Positions 51,542 through 61,670 of a DNA stretch of 64,000 nt are shown piece after piece. The notes beneath the pieces were generated by a model, which did no database searches, was not told where the DNA came from, and worked only from the letters and a program-made list of their open reading frames with translations. A program made the translations under genes and the position numbers. Source of the stretch: a virus (lineage: Duplodnaviria > Caudoviricetes); IMG/VR virus record IMGVR_UViG_3300031867_000013, positions 1 to 64,000 of that record; one strand, written 5' to 3'. The stretch's first letter is position 1. The number at the start of each line of letters is the position of its first letter.

Positions 51542-51633
51542 ACAAACAATTATAGATATTCTCTCCAAAAATTACAGTTTTAATGCATTATATGGAGAAA
51601 ATATATAGATTTTGAAGAAAGGAGGAATCCTTC

Positions 51634-52155
51634 TTGAAACCTGTTATATCAAGCAAAAATACAAAAGGAATGGTAAATTTTACAAAATCTATGGTTCATA
51701 GTATAGCAAATATAGCTTCTGTATCTCCAAGAAGTTTAGCTTTATTTTTAGCTTTATGTTCTTATGCTGATGACAATGGTTCATTAATTACAGACAATAA
51801 AACATTAGCACATTTAGTTAAAACAGAAACAAGAAAAATTGATTATTGTTTAAGAACACTACAGGAACATGGATTAATAGAAATACATAATGTAAATATT
51901 AAATATAATCACGATATATTTGGTAAAATACATGATAAACAAAATTATTATAAAACTAATAAACAAGAATGGAATATTACAGGAGATAGATATTTAACTA
52001 CAATAACTATTAGTGGTACATATAAAAGAATTTATCTTAATAAAGAATATGTTTCTTTTGCTAATGGTTATTATAATACATTATTATTATATGTTAAAAA
52101 TAATTTATACTATGATACAAGATTATCAGACAATCAAATTATTGAAGAAAGGTGA
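51634..52155 (+). CDS. Winged-helix DNA-binding protein (RepL-like)
   Basis: LFLAL..YADDNG.L....TLA.......I...L..L.E.GLIE pattern; RBS AGGAGG. Confidence 0.6.
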   Translation: MKPVISSKNTKGMVNFTKSMVHSIANIASVSPRSLALFLALCSYADDNGSLITDNKTLAHLVKTETRKIDYCLRTLQEHGLIEIHNVNIKYNHDIFGKIHDKQNYYKTNKQEWNITGDRYLTTITISGTYKRIYLNKEYVSFANGYYNTLLLYVKNNLYYDTRLSDNQIIEER

Positions 52156-52334
52156 GAATTATGGAAGTACAAAATGCAAACTTAAATATTCGTATTCCTC
52201 TTAAACTTAGGGAGAGATTTGTAGAAGTAGCAAACAATAATGGTTTAACACATTCTGTTGTTTTGCGTACAATGGTAGCAGAATATGTAAGAGCAAATGG
52301 AAAACTAGAAATATTTAAACATATTGGTAAATAA
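52152..52334 (+). CDS. Ribbon-helix-helix DNA-binding protein
   Basis: LNIRIP..LRERF..VA...G.T.S.VLR..V..YV. Confidence 0.75.
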   Translation: MRIMEVQNANLNIRIPLKLRERFVEVANNNGLTHSVVLRTMVAEYVRANGKLEIFKHIGK

Positions 52335-52359
52335 TTATAAGTAAATAAAGGGTGATTTC

Positions 52360-53157
52360 ATGTTAAATAAAGAGCAAATAGCTTCTGAAAAACTTAACAG
52401 TCACTTATTTACACATCGTATTAGTGCAGATAAAGCATTTATTGTTGTTCTATCTGATATACATGAAGGAATAAATCATAGAGCCTATTTTAAATCTATT
52501 ATTGATTTTATTTTAACAATTCCTAATTGTTATGTCATTATAGGTGGAGATTCTATAAATGCTTCTATTAGAGGTTCTAAAGGAAATACTACAGAAGAAT
52601 GGTCTAGTGGTGATAAACAAATATATGACCTTGTAGATGACTTAAAACCATTAGTAGATGATAATAGAATTATAGCAATAGGTGAAGATGGTAATCATAA
52701 TGATAGAATTTATAATGATGCTTATATTTCTGTAAATAAAATGATTGCAATACTATTAGGTATTCGTGAAAAATATACAGGTAATATGTGTATTGGTATG
52801 ATAAATGTAAATAAGTGTTGTTATACTTTAAGTATTATACATAAGAATAGAAAGACAAATAATTATTATGAATATCAAAGAGTAGATTTATTAATTAAAG
52901 AACATTGGCATGATTTAAAATATGAATGTAAAGCTGTATTTGATTTTAATAAAACAGCTAAAACAATTTCTCTTGTGCCAACATATGAAATTTATAATGG
53001 TTCTTTCTTAAATCTTCCCGATTATGGAATGAAAGCAGGATATAGACCTCAATTCATGGGTACATATTTTATTGAATTAAGTGGTAAAGACCGTAATATT
53101 TCTATTTGGGAAGATAATAAACTTTATATGGCGATAAAAGGTGGATATAAGGTATGA
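52360..53157 (+). CDS. Calcineurin-like metallophosphoesterase
   Basis: SDIH, GGD, GNHN, HWH motifs. Confidence 0.85.
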   Translation: MLNKEQIASEKLNSHLFTHRISADKAFIVVLSDIHEGINHRAYFKSIIDFILTIPNCYVIIGGDSINASIRGSKGNTTEEWSSGDKQIYDLVDDLKPLVDDNRIIAIGEDGNHNDRIYNDAYISVNKMIAILLGIREKYTGNMCIGMINVNKCCYTLSIIHKNRKTNNYYEYQRVDLLIKEHWHDLKYECKAVFDFNKTAKTISLVPTYEIYNGSFLNLPDYGMKAGYRPQFMGTYFIELSGKDRNISIWEDNKLYMAIKGGYKV

Positions 53158-53582
53158 AAAATAAACCTATTGAGTATTTTCAGAATGATAAAGAATTTCA
53201 AAAATGTGCAAAAGAATGGCAACATAAACTTTTCTTAGATGATTGGTTTATTAAATTTGAACTTATAGAACAAGAAATATATGCTGATGATAAAGAATCA
53301 AAACTATATGGATATTGTCAAAGAATATGGGAAAATCACGAAGCAGTTATACGTATTTCTCATGTTAAAGGAACAAATGGTATAGTAACTAAAGGTATTG
53401 AAGAATTAACTTTAATACATGAATTATTACATTGTAAACTATTTCCATTAGAAGTAGATGAAGAACATGCTTCTTATGAAGCATCATCTTTGGAATTACA
53501 AAATCATATTCATATTGAACAACTTTCTAAATCTTTACTCATGGCAAAATATAATCTTGACTATAATTATTTTATGAGTTAA
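53154..53582 (+). CDS. HEXXH zinc metallopeptidase-like protein
   Basis: TLIHELLH. Confidence 0.6.
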   Translation: MKNKPIEYFQNDKEFQKCAKEWQHKLFLDDWFIKFELIEQEIYADDKESKLYGYCQRIWENHEAVIRISHVKGTNGIVTKGIEELTLIHELLHCKLFPLEVDEEHASYEASSLELQNHIHIEQLSKSLLMAKYNLDYNYFMS

Positions 53583-53595
53583 AGGACTGATTTGT

Positions 53596-54276
53596 TTGGC
53601 AAAACGAACAAAAAAGGATGAATTTTCATTAGAAACAAATAAAGACAGAGAACGATTTTATAAGAAAATGGATAAAGACCAATTAGCTTTATTCAATTCT
53701 ATTCAAGACAATATATTTACTTTTTGTGAAGCTAAAGCCGGAACAGGTAAGACCTTAATATCTGTAAATTCTTTATTACATCTATTATTTTTAGGTGAAA
53801 TAAATCATATAATATATTTACAGAAATGTTCTCAAAGATATTTAAATACTGGGTTCCTCCCTGGGACTATTGAAGAAAAAACTGATGCACTATGGACACC
53901 ATTTTATGAAGCTATGGCTACATTAGGTTATCAACCACAAAAAGTAGATAAATTTATTGAACAAGAATCAATTATACTTACTACTGATTTTAATTTACGT
54001 GGTATTAATTTTGAAAAGTGTGGTATTATAATTGATGAAGCAGAAAATCTTGACACAGAAACATTAAAACTTATATTTACTAGATGCCATGATGATTGTC
54101 ATGTAGTTCTTTTAGGAGATAGACTACAAAAAGACAATAAAGGTAATCATAATCAAGACTTTGTAGAATATGGTGATTATCTTGCAAATAGTAGTGTAGG
54201 TAATAAATGTTATTTAACTAAAAATTATAGAGGTAAATTCAGTCAACTTGCAGAAGAATTTAAGGAGGAATTATAA
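53596..54276 (+). CDS. phoH: PhoH-like ATPase
   Basis: AGTGKT, GFLPGTIEEK, LRG, IIDEAEN, TR, GDRLQKD. Confidence 0.9.
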   Translation: MAKRTKKDEFSLETNKDRERFYKKMDKDQLALFNSIQDNIFTFCEAKAGTGKTLISVNSLLHLLFLGEINHIIYLQKCSQRYLNTGFLPGTIEEKTDALWTPFYEAMATLGYQPQKVDKFIEQESIILTTDFNLRGINFEKCGIIIDEAENLDTETLKLIFTRCHDDCHVVLLGDRLQKDNKGNHNQDFVEYGDYLANSSVGNKCYLTKNYRGKFSQLAEEFKEEL

Positions 54277-54278
54277 TA

Positions 54279-54644
54279 ATGTCAACTTATATTATTTTTT
54301 CAATGGGAGAACCAAAGTATAAAATTAAAGCAGATTTTTATGACGTACATCAACATTTTATGTCATTTTATGATGAAAACGATAATCTTATTTGTTCTAT
54401 CAATGTAGATGAAATTGATTGTGTAGTAGATAAAGAACATATGAATAAACTTGATTTTCTTGAACCTGTAGATGAAGAAGAATGTGATGATTGTAATGAA
54501 ATCGAGTGTGAATATCATCCATCTAATTTTGAAGAACCTAAAAAAGATGAACAAAATAAATTAAAACCAACAGAAAAACAAAAGTCCGAAGTAGATTTTG
54601 ATGAATTATTTAGGCGTGTATTAGGTTTACATGGCGAAAAGTAA
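54279..54644 (+). CDS. Hypothetical acidic protein
   Basis: RBS AGGAGG; C-x2-C-x4-C-x2-H cluster. Confidence 0.55.
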   Translation: MSTYIIFSMGEPKYKIKADFYDVHQHFMSFYDENDNLICSINVDEIDCVVDKEHMNKLDFLEPVDEEECDDCNEIECEYHPSNFEEPKKDEQNKLKPTEKQKSEVDFDELFRRVLGLHGEK

Positions 54645-55212
54645 AGAAACCATAGAATTAGAAAACCTGTTATTTGAGTATAATAAATTTAACGGGTTTT
54701 TCTGTATATTTGAGTGTACAATCGGATTTGGTGGTGGCGGTAGAGTAGATTGTATTTCTATTGACACAAGGAGTTGTATCAGAGCGTTTGAAATTAAGGT
54801 CACTAAATCCGATTTTCACTCTAAACACGGACATAATTTTGTTGGTAATCTTAATTATTATGTTATACCACATAAACTATATAAAGAAGTACAAAATGAA
54901 ATACCAAATGATATTGGTGTTATGTGTCCTAAAAATGGGCAGTTATATATAGTTAAAAGTGCTAAAAAAGTACAATTAAAAGAACCTTTATATAAAATGG
55001 AATTATATATGATTCGCTCTTTATTTCGCGAATATGAAAAATCTATTTATGCGGAAAATAAAGAATTATTAAATTCATATGAACGTGAAAAACGTAGACT
55101 TATGAAAGAACGAGATACTTATTATAGACTTTTACAAACCTTAAACGCAAATATTCGTGAGTATTTAGGATTAAATTATAAAAATTTTAGAAAATGGTTG
55201 CACTCTGATTAA
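54631..55212 (+). CDS. PD-(D/E)XK nuclease (MmcB-like)
   Basis: RVD...FEIKVTKSDF...NYYVIP. Confidence 0.7.
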   Translation: MAKSKETIELENLLFEYNKFNGFFCIFECTIGFGGGGRVDCISIDTRSCIRAFEIKVTKSDFHSKHGHNFVGNLNYYVIPHKLYKEVQNEIPNDIGVMCPKNGQLYIVKSAKKVQLKEPLYKMELYMIRSLFREYEKSIYAENKELLNSYEREKRRLMKERDTYYRLLQTLNANIREYLGLNYKNFRKWLHSD

Positions 55213-55242
55213 TTTTGTGGTAATATAAAAAGGAGAATTAAG

Positions 55243-55599
55243 ATGTTCAATTCACAAGCATTTATAAAACTTCATCCCGACGATTTTGATTTTTGTATTC
55301 AACTTTTAGACGCAAAAATGATGAATGTAAATACTAAATTTATCAAGTATAAAATTTTAGTAGATAATTATAAAGAAGCAGAAAAACATAAAAACTTCTT
55401 AAAACAACTTTGGGAAACATTTTCTTTTAAGAATTTTGATTCTTACCATGCTTATCTATGGAACGAACATGAAATGGGAACTTTATATAATAAAAAACAA
55501 CGAATTAAAGCTATGCTTGATTGGTTTGTTGGATTAAAAAGACCTATTTATATTTCGGTAGAAGATTATAAATTTATTCTTGATGAGGAAGATACTTAA
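55243..55599 (+). CDS. Hypothetical protein
   Basis: RBS AGGAG; operon context. Confidence 0.55.
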   Translation: MFNSQAFIKLHPDDFDFCIQLLDAKMMNVNTKFIKYKILVDNYKEAEKHKNFLKQLWETFSFKNFDSYHAYLWNEHEMGTLYNKKQRIKAMLDWFVGLKRPIYISVEDYKFILDEEDT

Positions 55600-55788
55600 A
55601 TGCTTAAACTTAAAACTAAAGAAGAATATATAGAAGCAATTAAAACAATCAATACAACTCTTTTAAAACTTAAATCCCCTATTGACGCAACAAGAAAAGC
55701 ACAAGGGGATAAATTTGCTAATAGTCTTATTGAACAATTAAAGAATAATAGAAAATATTATATAGAACAATTAGAAAAATTTACTTAA
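55600..55788 (+). CDS. Hypothetical protein
   Basis: Coupled to upstream stop codon. Confidence 0.5.
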   Translation: MLKLKTKEEYIEAIKTINTTLLKLKSPIDATRKAQGDKFANSLIEQLKNNRKYYIEQLEKFT

Positions 55789-55853
55789 TACACTTTTTCA
55801 TAGGAAAAATGCAAAATTTTTCACATTTTTCATAGGAATAAATGGTGATATAA

Positions 55854-56393
55854 ATGGAAGAATTTATAAATTGGTTAAAGTCTATTGGTTTTGAAGAATT
55901 TAATGATTATTGTAGATTACAAATAAACATTAAAGGTATAAATAAACCTACTTTTTGTTATATAGATAAAAATATTATATATACTAAAGAACAAGTAATA
56001 GATTATATAAATCAAGCTAAATTAAGAGCAATAAAATATAAAATGGGGGAATATACTTTGACAGAAAAAGAATTATTTATGCTTCGTACTTTTATTGAAG
56101 CACTTGGATATGAAAATAAAGATAATGGAATATGGAAACTTCATTTTACTTATAATATGCCAGAAAATACTTATGAAGATTCTGCTATTCTTGATGAAGA
56201 AGATTTGAAGTCTATGACACTTAATGACGCTATGCTACGTGCTATGGATTCTAAAAGGTCTAAAGAAACAGAATTAGAATTTAAGATGAAATATGATACA
56301 GAAATGCCCTTAACTAAAACTGTAGATTTAGATGATTCCGTAAAAGACTTTATTTCAGCAAACAGAAATGCAGATTGTCCTAATTGTCTATAA
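55854..56393 (+). CDS. Hypothetical protein
   Basis: Internal F...L..[IL]G[FY]E duplication. Confidence 0.55.
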   Translation: MEEFINWLKSIGFEEFNDYCRLQINIKGINKPTFCYIDKNIIYTKEQVIDYINQAKLRAIKYKMGEYTLTEKELFMLRTFIEALGYENKDNGIWKLHFTYNMPENTYEDSAILDEEDLKSMTLNDAMLRAMDSKRSKETELEFKMKYDTEMPLTKTVDLDDSVKDFISANRNADCPNCL

Positions 56394-56409
56394 TAGTTGG
56401 TGATATATT

Positions 56410-56634
56410 ATGTTTATACCACATGAAATTATTATTATAGGTACGATGATACATAATAGAAAACATGATGTAACATATAAAGAAGTACAAGAATATATAA
56501 AACGTAGAGGATTTAATGTAGAATTAGATGAAAATTTTACTACTTTTGAATTTATAAAAACTACAGATAAAGGCTATCATATTGATAATATACCGCCTAT
56601 GAATCCTACAATGGTACAATTTTTAGCACAATAG
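56410..56634 (+). CDS. Hypothetical protein
   Basis: RBS GGTG; operon context. Confidence 0.5.
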   Translation: MFIPHEIIIIGTMIHNRKHDVTYKEVQEYIKRRGFNVELDENFTTFEFIKTTDKGYHIDNIPPMNPTMVQFLAQ

Positions 56635-56806
56635 AAGGTAAATAACTTTATAAAGGAATGATATAGTTTGGCTCACGCAGAAAATCGTCGTGAACGTGTA
56701 GAATGGCAAAAATATAAAGAAACAGAGAATGAAGAAAGAGATAAATTCTCTAAAAAACGCCATGCACATAATAAAAATAAACGTAAAAACAAAGGAGATT
56801 ATAACA

Positions 56807-57091
56807 ATGAGTGAAAATAATATTAATGATAATCAAAAATTCTTTGAATTTGCAGAGAAACTTAATAATGAAACATTAGAACTTATGAAATTATATGATA
56901 GTGGTATGCCGTCAACTACTAAAAAAGAACTTTTAGAAAAAATTAAATTAAGAATTGATATTTTAAGCCCAATAAAAGAACTTCAATTAAAAGAACAGCA
57001 AATTGCGGCGGCTCAACAATTAACACAAGGGGATTTTATGAAAAATTTTAACCTTAAAGACTTAATAGGCGCATTAAAAGGAAATTCATAA
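56807..57091 (+). CDS. Hypothetical protein
   Basis: Start MSENN after RBS AAGGAG. Confidence 0.55.
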   Translation: MSENNINDNQKFFEFAEKLNNETLELMKLYDSGMPSTTKKELLEKIKLRIDILSPIKELQLKEQQIAAAQQLTQGDFMKNFNLKDLIGALKGNS

Positions 57092-57116
57092 TAGAAATAT
57101 ATAAGGACTGATAATT

Positions 57117-57347
57117 ATGATTTTAAGTGGGCGTATTTCTAAAGAAAATGCTAATAAATTAGGATATCAATCTTCATTTTCTTTTCGTCTTGTTGCGGGA
57201 CTAAATAAAAGAAAAGAAGTAGTTATGTGTATCACAAAACAAGACAATAATACACAAGAAACTTATAATTTTATTGTTCCCGATAATATGGTAGATGATT
57301 TATATTTTAATAAAGAACAAATGGAGGAATTACAAAATGATAACTAA
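57117..57347 (+). CDS. Hypothetical protein
   Basis: RBS AAGGA; operon context. Confidence 0.5.
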   Translation: MILSGRISKENANKLGYQSSFSFRLVAGLNKRKEVVMCITKQDNNTQETYNFIVPDNMVDDLYFNKEQMEELQNDN

Positions 57348-57912
57348 TATTCCATTAAATATTAAAAATCCTTATACACATGATTCATATTGTTTTGATT
57401 TACCATTGTTTCCTATTACGTTACTAACAGGGCAGTATAAAACATCTATTATAAATTCCTTACAAAAGCAACATGACCCATATGATAAGATGACTAATTT
57501 TATTGTGTTTGATAATTTTATGTTTAATTCTTCATTAAATAGTAATCGACCAAAAGAAATAAAAAAGCTAATAGAATGTTTACATTCAAATGATATATTT
57601 TTAGTAGATGATATTGATTTATTCTATGACATACATAATAATGCCATAGATATATTTGAAAACGTGCCGAATGATGTACAAATTATATGTTCAGCGCATA
57701 ATTATGATTTTATCTATTATTTCTTAGGCAAAATATTAGATTTACAGCATAATACAGAAGAAAAAACATATGGAGTAACACGTATAAGACAATATAAAAA
57801 TGAAATACGTACTGCTACAATAACAGATATAAATTATAATATAGAACGATATGCAGAAGGACTACAATGGGAATCATATTTAATAGGAGACTATAGCCAT
57901 GCTACAGAATAA
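57337..57912 (+). CDS. Degenerate ABC/AAA ATPase-like protein
   Basis: ITLLTGQYKTSI (broken Walker A), FLVDDID, QIICSAH. Confidence 0.5.
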   Translation: MITNIPLNIKNPYTHDSYCFDLPLFPITLLTGQYKTSIINSLQKQHDPYDKMTNFIVFDNFMFNSSLNSNRPKEIKKLIECLHSNDIFLVDDIDLFYDIHNNAIDIFENVPNDVQIICSAHNYDFIYYFLGKILDLQHNTEEKTYGVTRIRQYKNEIRTATITDINYNIERYAEGLQWESYLIGDYSHATE

Positions 57913-58099
57913 AGTATATTTATCTTTATTAGACGTAATAGAATCTATAAAAGATAGTGCGCTACAAGAAGAATTAATGTATCACTATGAAAAAGAAAAG
58001 CGCATACAAAAGAATGAAATAAATAGATTAGAAGATGAAATAGATAATCTAAATGAAGAAATAGATGATTTATATGGTAGACTTGGATATGATGATTGA
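57899..58099 (+). CDS. Small coiled-coil protein
   Basis: RBS AGGAG; heptad pattern. Confidence 0.5.
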   Translation: MLQNKVYLSLLDVIESIKDSALQEELMYHYEKEKRIQKNEINRLEDEIDNLNEEIDDLYGRLGYDD

Positions 58100-58616
58100 A
58101 TAATATATATAACAGTACATTAAACAGCACATTGGACGGATATATTTTTATCCGTCTATTTTTTTTTATATTTTTATAGTTTTATATTTTTATATGTATA
58201 TACAAAAGGTAATTCAAAATTCTCCAAAAATTTTTCGACACAAAGAGGATATACATATAAGAAGTGAAATATTATTTAGTGTTTTTGAGGCATTTCATTT
58301 AGTATTTTTGGGGTGTATTATTATATGTTTTTGGGATAAATAATGTTCAATATAATAGACATTATAATTTATAGCGCAATAAAATTTATATGGCGCAACA
58401 TAAAGATATAAATACATATATTTAAATAAATTTCGGCAAAAACATAAAGGTGCAGAATTTAATTAAAAATCTATTTGGGCGAAAAAATAAATAAAGAAAA
58501 GAAGATAAGTATATAGATAAAAAATAATATAATATGCTATAATTACATTTTGACATATAGCGTTACATAGGGGTAACTTGAAGTCTGAAAAAATTTGAAC
58601 GACTGGAATAACGTAT

Positions 58617-58772
58617 TGAGAACGATTCTCACTTGAACCCCGCGGAGGTAGTTGAGAATGATGATCAGTTGAGAACGATTCTTAATTGATAATGGATTCT
58701 CATTTGAGAATGGTTTTCATTTGGGAATGATTCGTAATTGATAATACGTTCTCAAATGAGAATGGATTCTCA
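58617..58772. promoter_or_regulatory. Tandem array of 8 Fur-box-like palindromes
   Basis: TGAGAA(C/T)-N1-2-(A/G)TTCTCA units at 58617, 58653, 58670, 58687, 58705, 58722, 58739, 58757. Confidence 0.65.
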
Positions 58773-58779
58773 ATTAGAA

Positions 58780-58818
58780 CGTGCATAAAAATTTATGGTG
58801 TATGAATAAAAATTCATC
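58780..58818. promoter_or_regulatory. Tandem ARG-box-like pair
   Basis: TGCATAAAAATTTA and TGAATAAAAATTCA offset by 21 bp. Confidence 0.5.
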
Positions 58819-59201
58819 ACATAAAAGTATGCTTTTTTTGCATAGATTCTTTCATTTTATGCTTTTTTCGTTTTCCTGCATTTTTTCGGCGTTTTCTTTT
58901 TTCGCACATAGCGGAAGGATATTTTCATATATAGCCATAAAACGCGCAGAAAAGCCCCTAGAAACGACTAAAACATCTTGCCCTATAGTTTATACTTAAA
59001 AAATGCTTTAATGGCTTAGAGGTGATCCCAGCGAGTTTAGAAGGAATTTAGATATTTATATAGGACTTTATACTCTACAAAAAAATTTCATAGGACTTTC
59101 GGGCAAAAATGAGAAAAAGATATTGCAAATATATTGTCCCTCTGATATACTTAACATGATCAGAAAATCACACAACAAAACAGCGAAGGGAGGCGAAAAT
59201 A

Positions 59202-59348
59202 ATGGCGTTCAGACATTCTTTCAGCGTTGGATTTATGGCAAGGCAAAACAAGCCTGACATGGTAACAAAGAAAACTCTTGTACACTTCGCAAGCGTACCA
59301 GCAAAAGCAGGACGGACGGCGAAAAAAGCAGACAAGGCGAAGAAGTAA
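59202..59348 (+). CDS. Small basic early protein (48 aa, not in ORF track)
   Basis: RBS GGAGG; MAFRHSFSVG...KADKAKK; TTGCAA-N17-TATACT promoter upstream. Confidence 0.55.
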   Translation: MAFRHSFSVGFMARQNKPDMVTKKTLVHFASVPAKAGRTAKKADKAKK

Positions 59349-59408
59349 AAAAGGGCAAAGGGAAGGGCTAATAAGCCCTTCCCGATAATAAAAGAGGAGA
59401 TATATATT

Positions 59409-59528
59409 ATGTGGTACGTATTTTTTAAGGAAGATTCTTGGGAATGTGGATGGAGTGTTAAGAGCAGGGAAGAAGCAGAACGTTATTGTAATGCTAATCC
59501 AGATTATTGCTTCGTATATGTAGGATAG
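59409..59528 (+). CDS. Small early protein (39 aa, not in ORF track)
   Basis: RBS GAGGAG; MWYVFFKEDSWECGW... Confidence 0.5.
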   Translation: MWYVFFKEDSWECGWSVKSREEAERYCNANPDYCFVYVG

Positions 59529-59542
59529 AGGAGGTTTACAAA

Positions 59543-59809
59543 ATGAAGGTTTATAACATGACAAGTAATAGCACAGGGCGCAAAGTGGCAAATCAGTTTA
59601 TTATCGAGCATGAAGGAAAGGTTTATTTCCAAAGCTACAACACCATTATTGCAATGAAACAAGCAGGGAAAATAATTATTGATACTAACGCCGAAAATTA
59701 TTCTAAAACGACCAGCAAATATCTATATCAATTCTTGAATACTGACAGAAAAAGCCTTTTGCAAGCAGTAAAAGATGGGCGAATTGCACGGGCAGACCTT
59801 AACGCATGA
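59543..59809 (+). CDS. Hypothetical early protein
   Basis: RBS GAGGAGG; VANQF...FQSY.T.IA...YS.TT.KY. Confidence 0.65.
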   Translation: MKVYNMTSNSTGRKVANQFIIEHEGKVYFQSYNTIIAMKQAGKIIIDTNAENYSKTTSKYLYQFLNTDRKSLLQAVKDGRIARADLNA

Positions 59810-59872
59810 GACAATAGCACAAGGGCGGGGCGAATGTTCCCTGCCCTATAAATTCAAAGGGAGGATTTAAAA

Positions 59873-60145
59873 ATGAAAATGTTTAATGTAACATTCAATA
59901 AAACGGGCGAATATGGCGATATGTATGAGGAAAGCAACGAGGCAGTTTTTCTTGCTGATAATATCGAGGATATTGTCGAATACTTGAAAAAAACTTATCT
60001 TCCCAACGGAGAGCAGAAAACGCTTGAAGAAATGATTATTTTGTCTCACGATGTAGAGGATTTTTCCCCATATGTTATCCATGAAATATTAGTCTATGAG
60101 ATTAATATTAAGCCGATAACAGATAAAATTAGTTATTTGGGATAG
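59873..60145 (+). CDS. Acidic hypothetical early protein
   Basis: RBS GGAGG; D/E-rich. Confidence 0.6.
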   Translation: MKMFNVTFNKTGEYGDMYEESNEAVFLADNIEDIVEYLKKTYLPNGEQKTLEEMIILSHDVEDFSPYVIHEILVYEINIKPITDKISYLG

Positions 60146-60389
60146 GAGGGCTTTTTATGTATAAAGTGGTAGGGCGAACCTATACAGGGCAACACGTTGA
60201 AATGATTATTTCTGTCAATGCTCTTTATGCGTGCGCTATTGTGGAATATATTGAAAACATACAAACAGGGGAGCGTGTCTATTATGAAAATAAATGATAT
60301 AATGAATTTATTATTGCTTGTTTTAATGGGTTTTATGTCGTTTCTGTCAATGTTTCGCGCATGTATGAATTTTTAGGAGGTATAATAAT

Positions 60390-60602
60390 ATGAAGCCGAT
60401 TGCTTATTATGCTTTATTCGTTGATTTCCTCATTATGATATATGATATTGAGTACGGGATTAATGATTATATAATATATACATATAAAACACCATCGAAG
60501 GAAAGCAGGAAATTTAAGGCGAAAATTAGATATGATAAGGCAGGAAACGCCTATTTTCGGCAAAAGAATCCTGTACCGCTTTCGGAGTGCATGAAATATT
60601 AA
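60390..60602 (+). CDS. Hypothetical early protein
   Basis: RBS AGGAGG; followed by terminator. Confidence 0.6.
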   Translation: MKPIAYYALFVDFLIMIYDIEYGINDYIIYTYKTPSKESRKFKAKIRYDKAGNAYFRQKNPVPLSECMKY

Positions 60603-60622
60603 GCCCCATTTGGGGCTTTTTT
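60601..60622 (+). terminator. Intrinsic terminator
   Basis: AAGCCCCA-TT-TGGGGCTT followed by T run. Confidence 0.75.
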
Positions 60623-60643
60623 ATTGCCTATAAAACAGTACAT

Positions 60644-61373
60644 AATATTCTGAATATTTTTACTATTTCTTGATACATAATTATCAGAATATTATAAACA
60701 TTATAATATATCACAATATTTTGCCAATGCCATAGAATTATCAGAAAATTAAGATGTGTCATAATATTATGTTAATCATCTGAAATTGTCAGAATATTGT
60801 ATGTATCATAATATTCTGAAAACTAGATGTGCATGAATTGTCAGAATATTAAAAACATTATATGTATTTGAATGAATTGTACATAGAACGAATACAATTT
60901 AATATGTCAATAGGAAAAAAGTCCAAAATGTATGTTCTATATAAAAAATAGGAGTAAAGTCTATTGACACATAAAAACAAGGGCAAATAGTCCTATTATT
61001 TTAGAACAAAAATCGAACACTTCTAAGCCTTGCAATTATTGAAAAATCGTCATAGACGGACGAAAATCTATGTGCCTATATAAATATATGCAGACAACAT
61101 AAAAAACGATTCTAGGGGCATTTACGGGCGAATAAAGGGTATTTCTATATATTCATATATACCCATATTTTCCCTAAAAATATTTTTGTCTTTGACTTTT
61201 TGACTTATATGCAAGTTGTCAGAATATTATAAATACACATAATATTTATAGTATTATTAATATTATACTAATTATTTGATGCTATACATTTGTAAATTAA
61301 CATAATTTTCTGTCAATTTATATATCTATAATATTTTGAAAATTCAATAGATACATAAAGTTGTCAGAATATT
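60644..61373. promoter_or_regulatory. Cluster of CodY-box-like sites (about 10)
   Basis: AATTATCAGAAAATT, AATTGTCAGAATATT, AATATTCTGAATATT and similar. Confidence 0.6.
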
Positions 61374-61670
61374 TTGCAATATATGTGTCAATGGGAAATA
61401 TGTCTTATTTTTATTTGTCAATAGACCATAAGACTTATTTTTATATTTATTATATTTTCGCGTCACATAGGGATATAGAAAAATGTATATGGCTTTTATT
61501 CGTGCATAAATAGGGCTACAATCAATTTTTATATGCTATTGGTATATCTATATAAGGATAAAATAAAAAGGGCTTAAATAGCCCTTTATGCTTGTTATAT
61601 TGAATTGTGTATATAAAAAGACAATTCCCCTGCCGTAATTAGCAGGGGAAATATAGGGAAGATTATTTTA

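Noticed and set aside
58617-58772. Palindromic tandem repeats as a mini-CRISPR
   Set aside because: Units are 15-16 bp with mostly 2-bp gaps, leaving no spacers.
60880-61025. LexA/Cheo boxes
   Set aside because: Only GAAC half-sites are present, with no complete GAAC-N4-GTTC.
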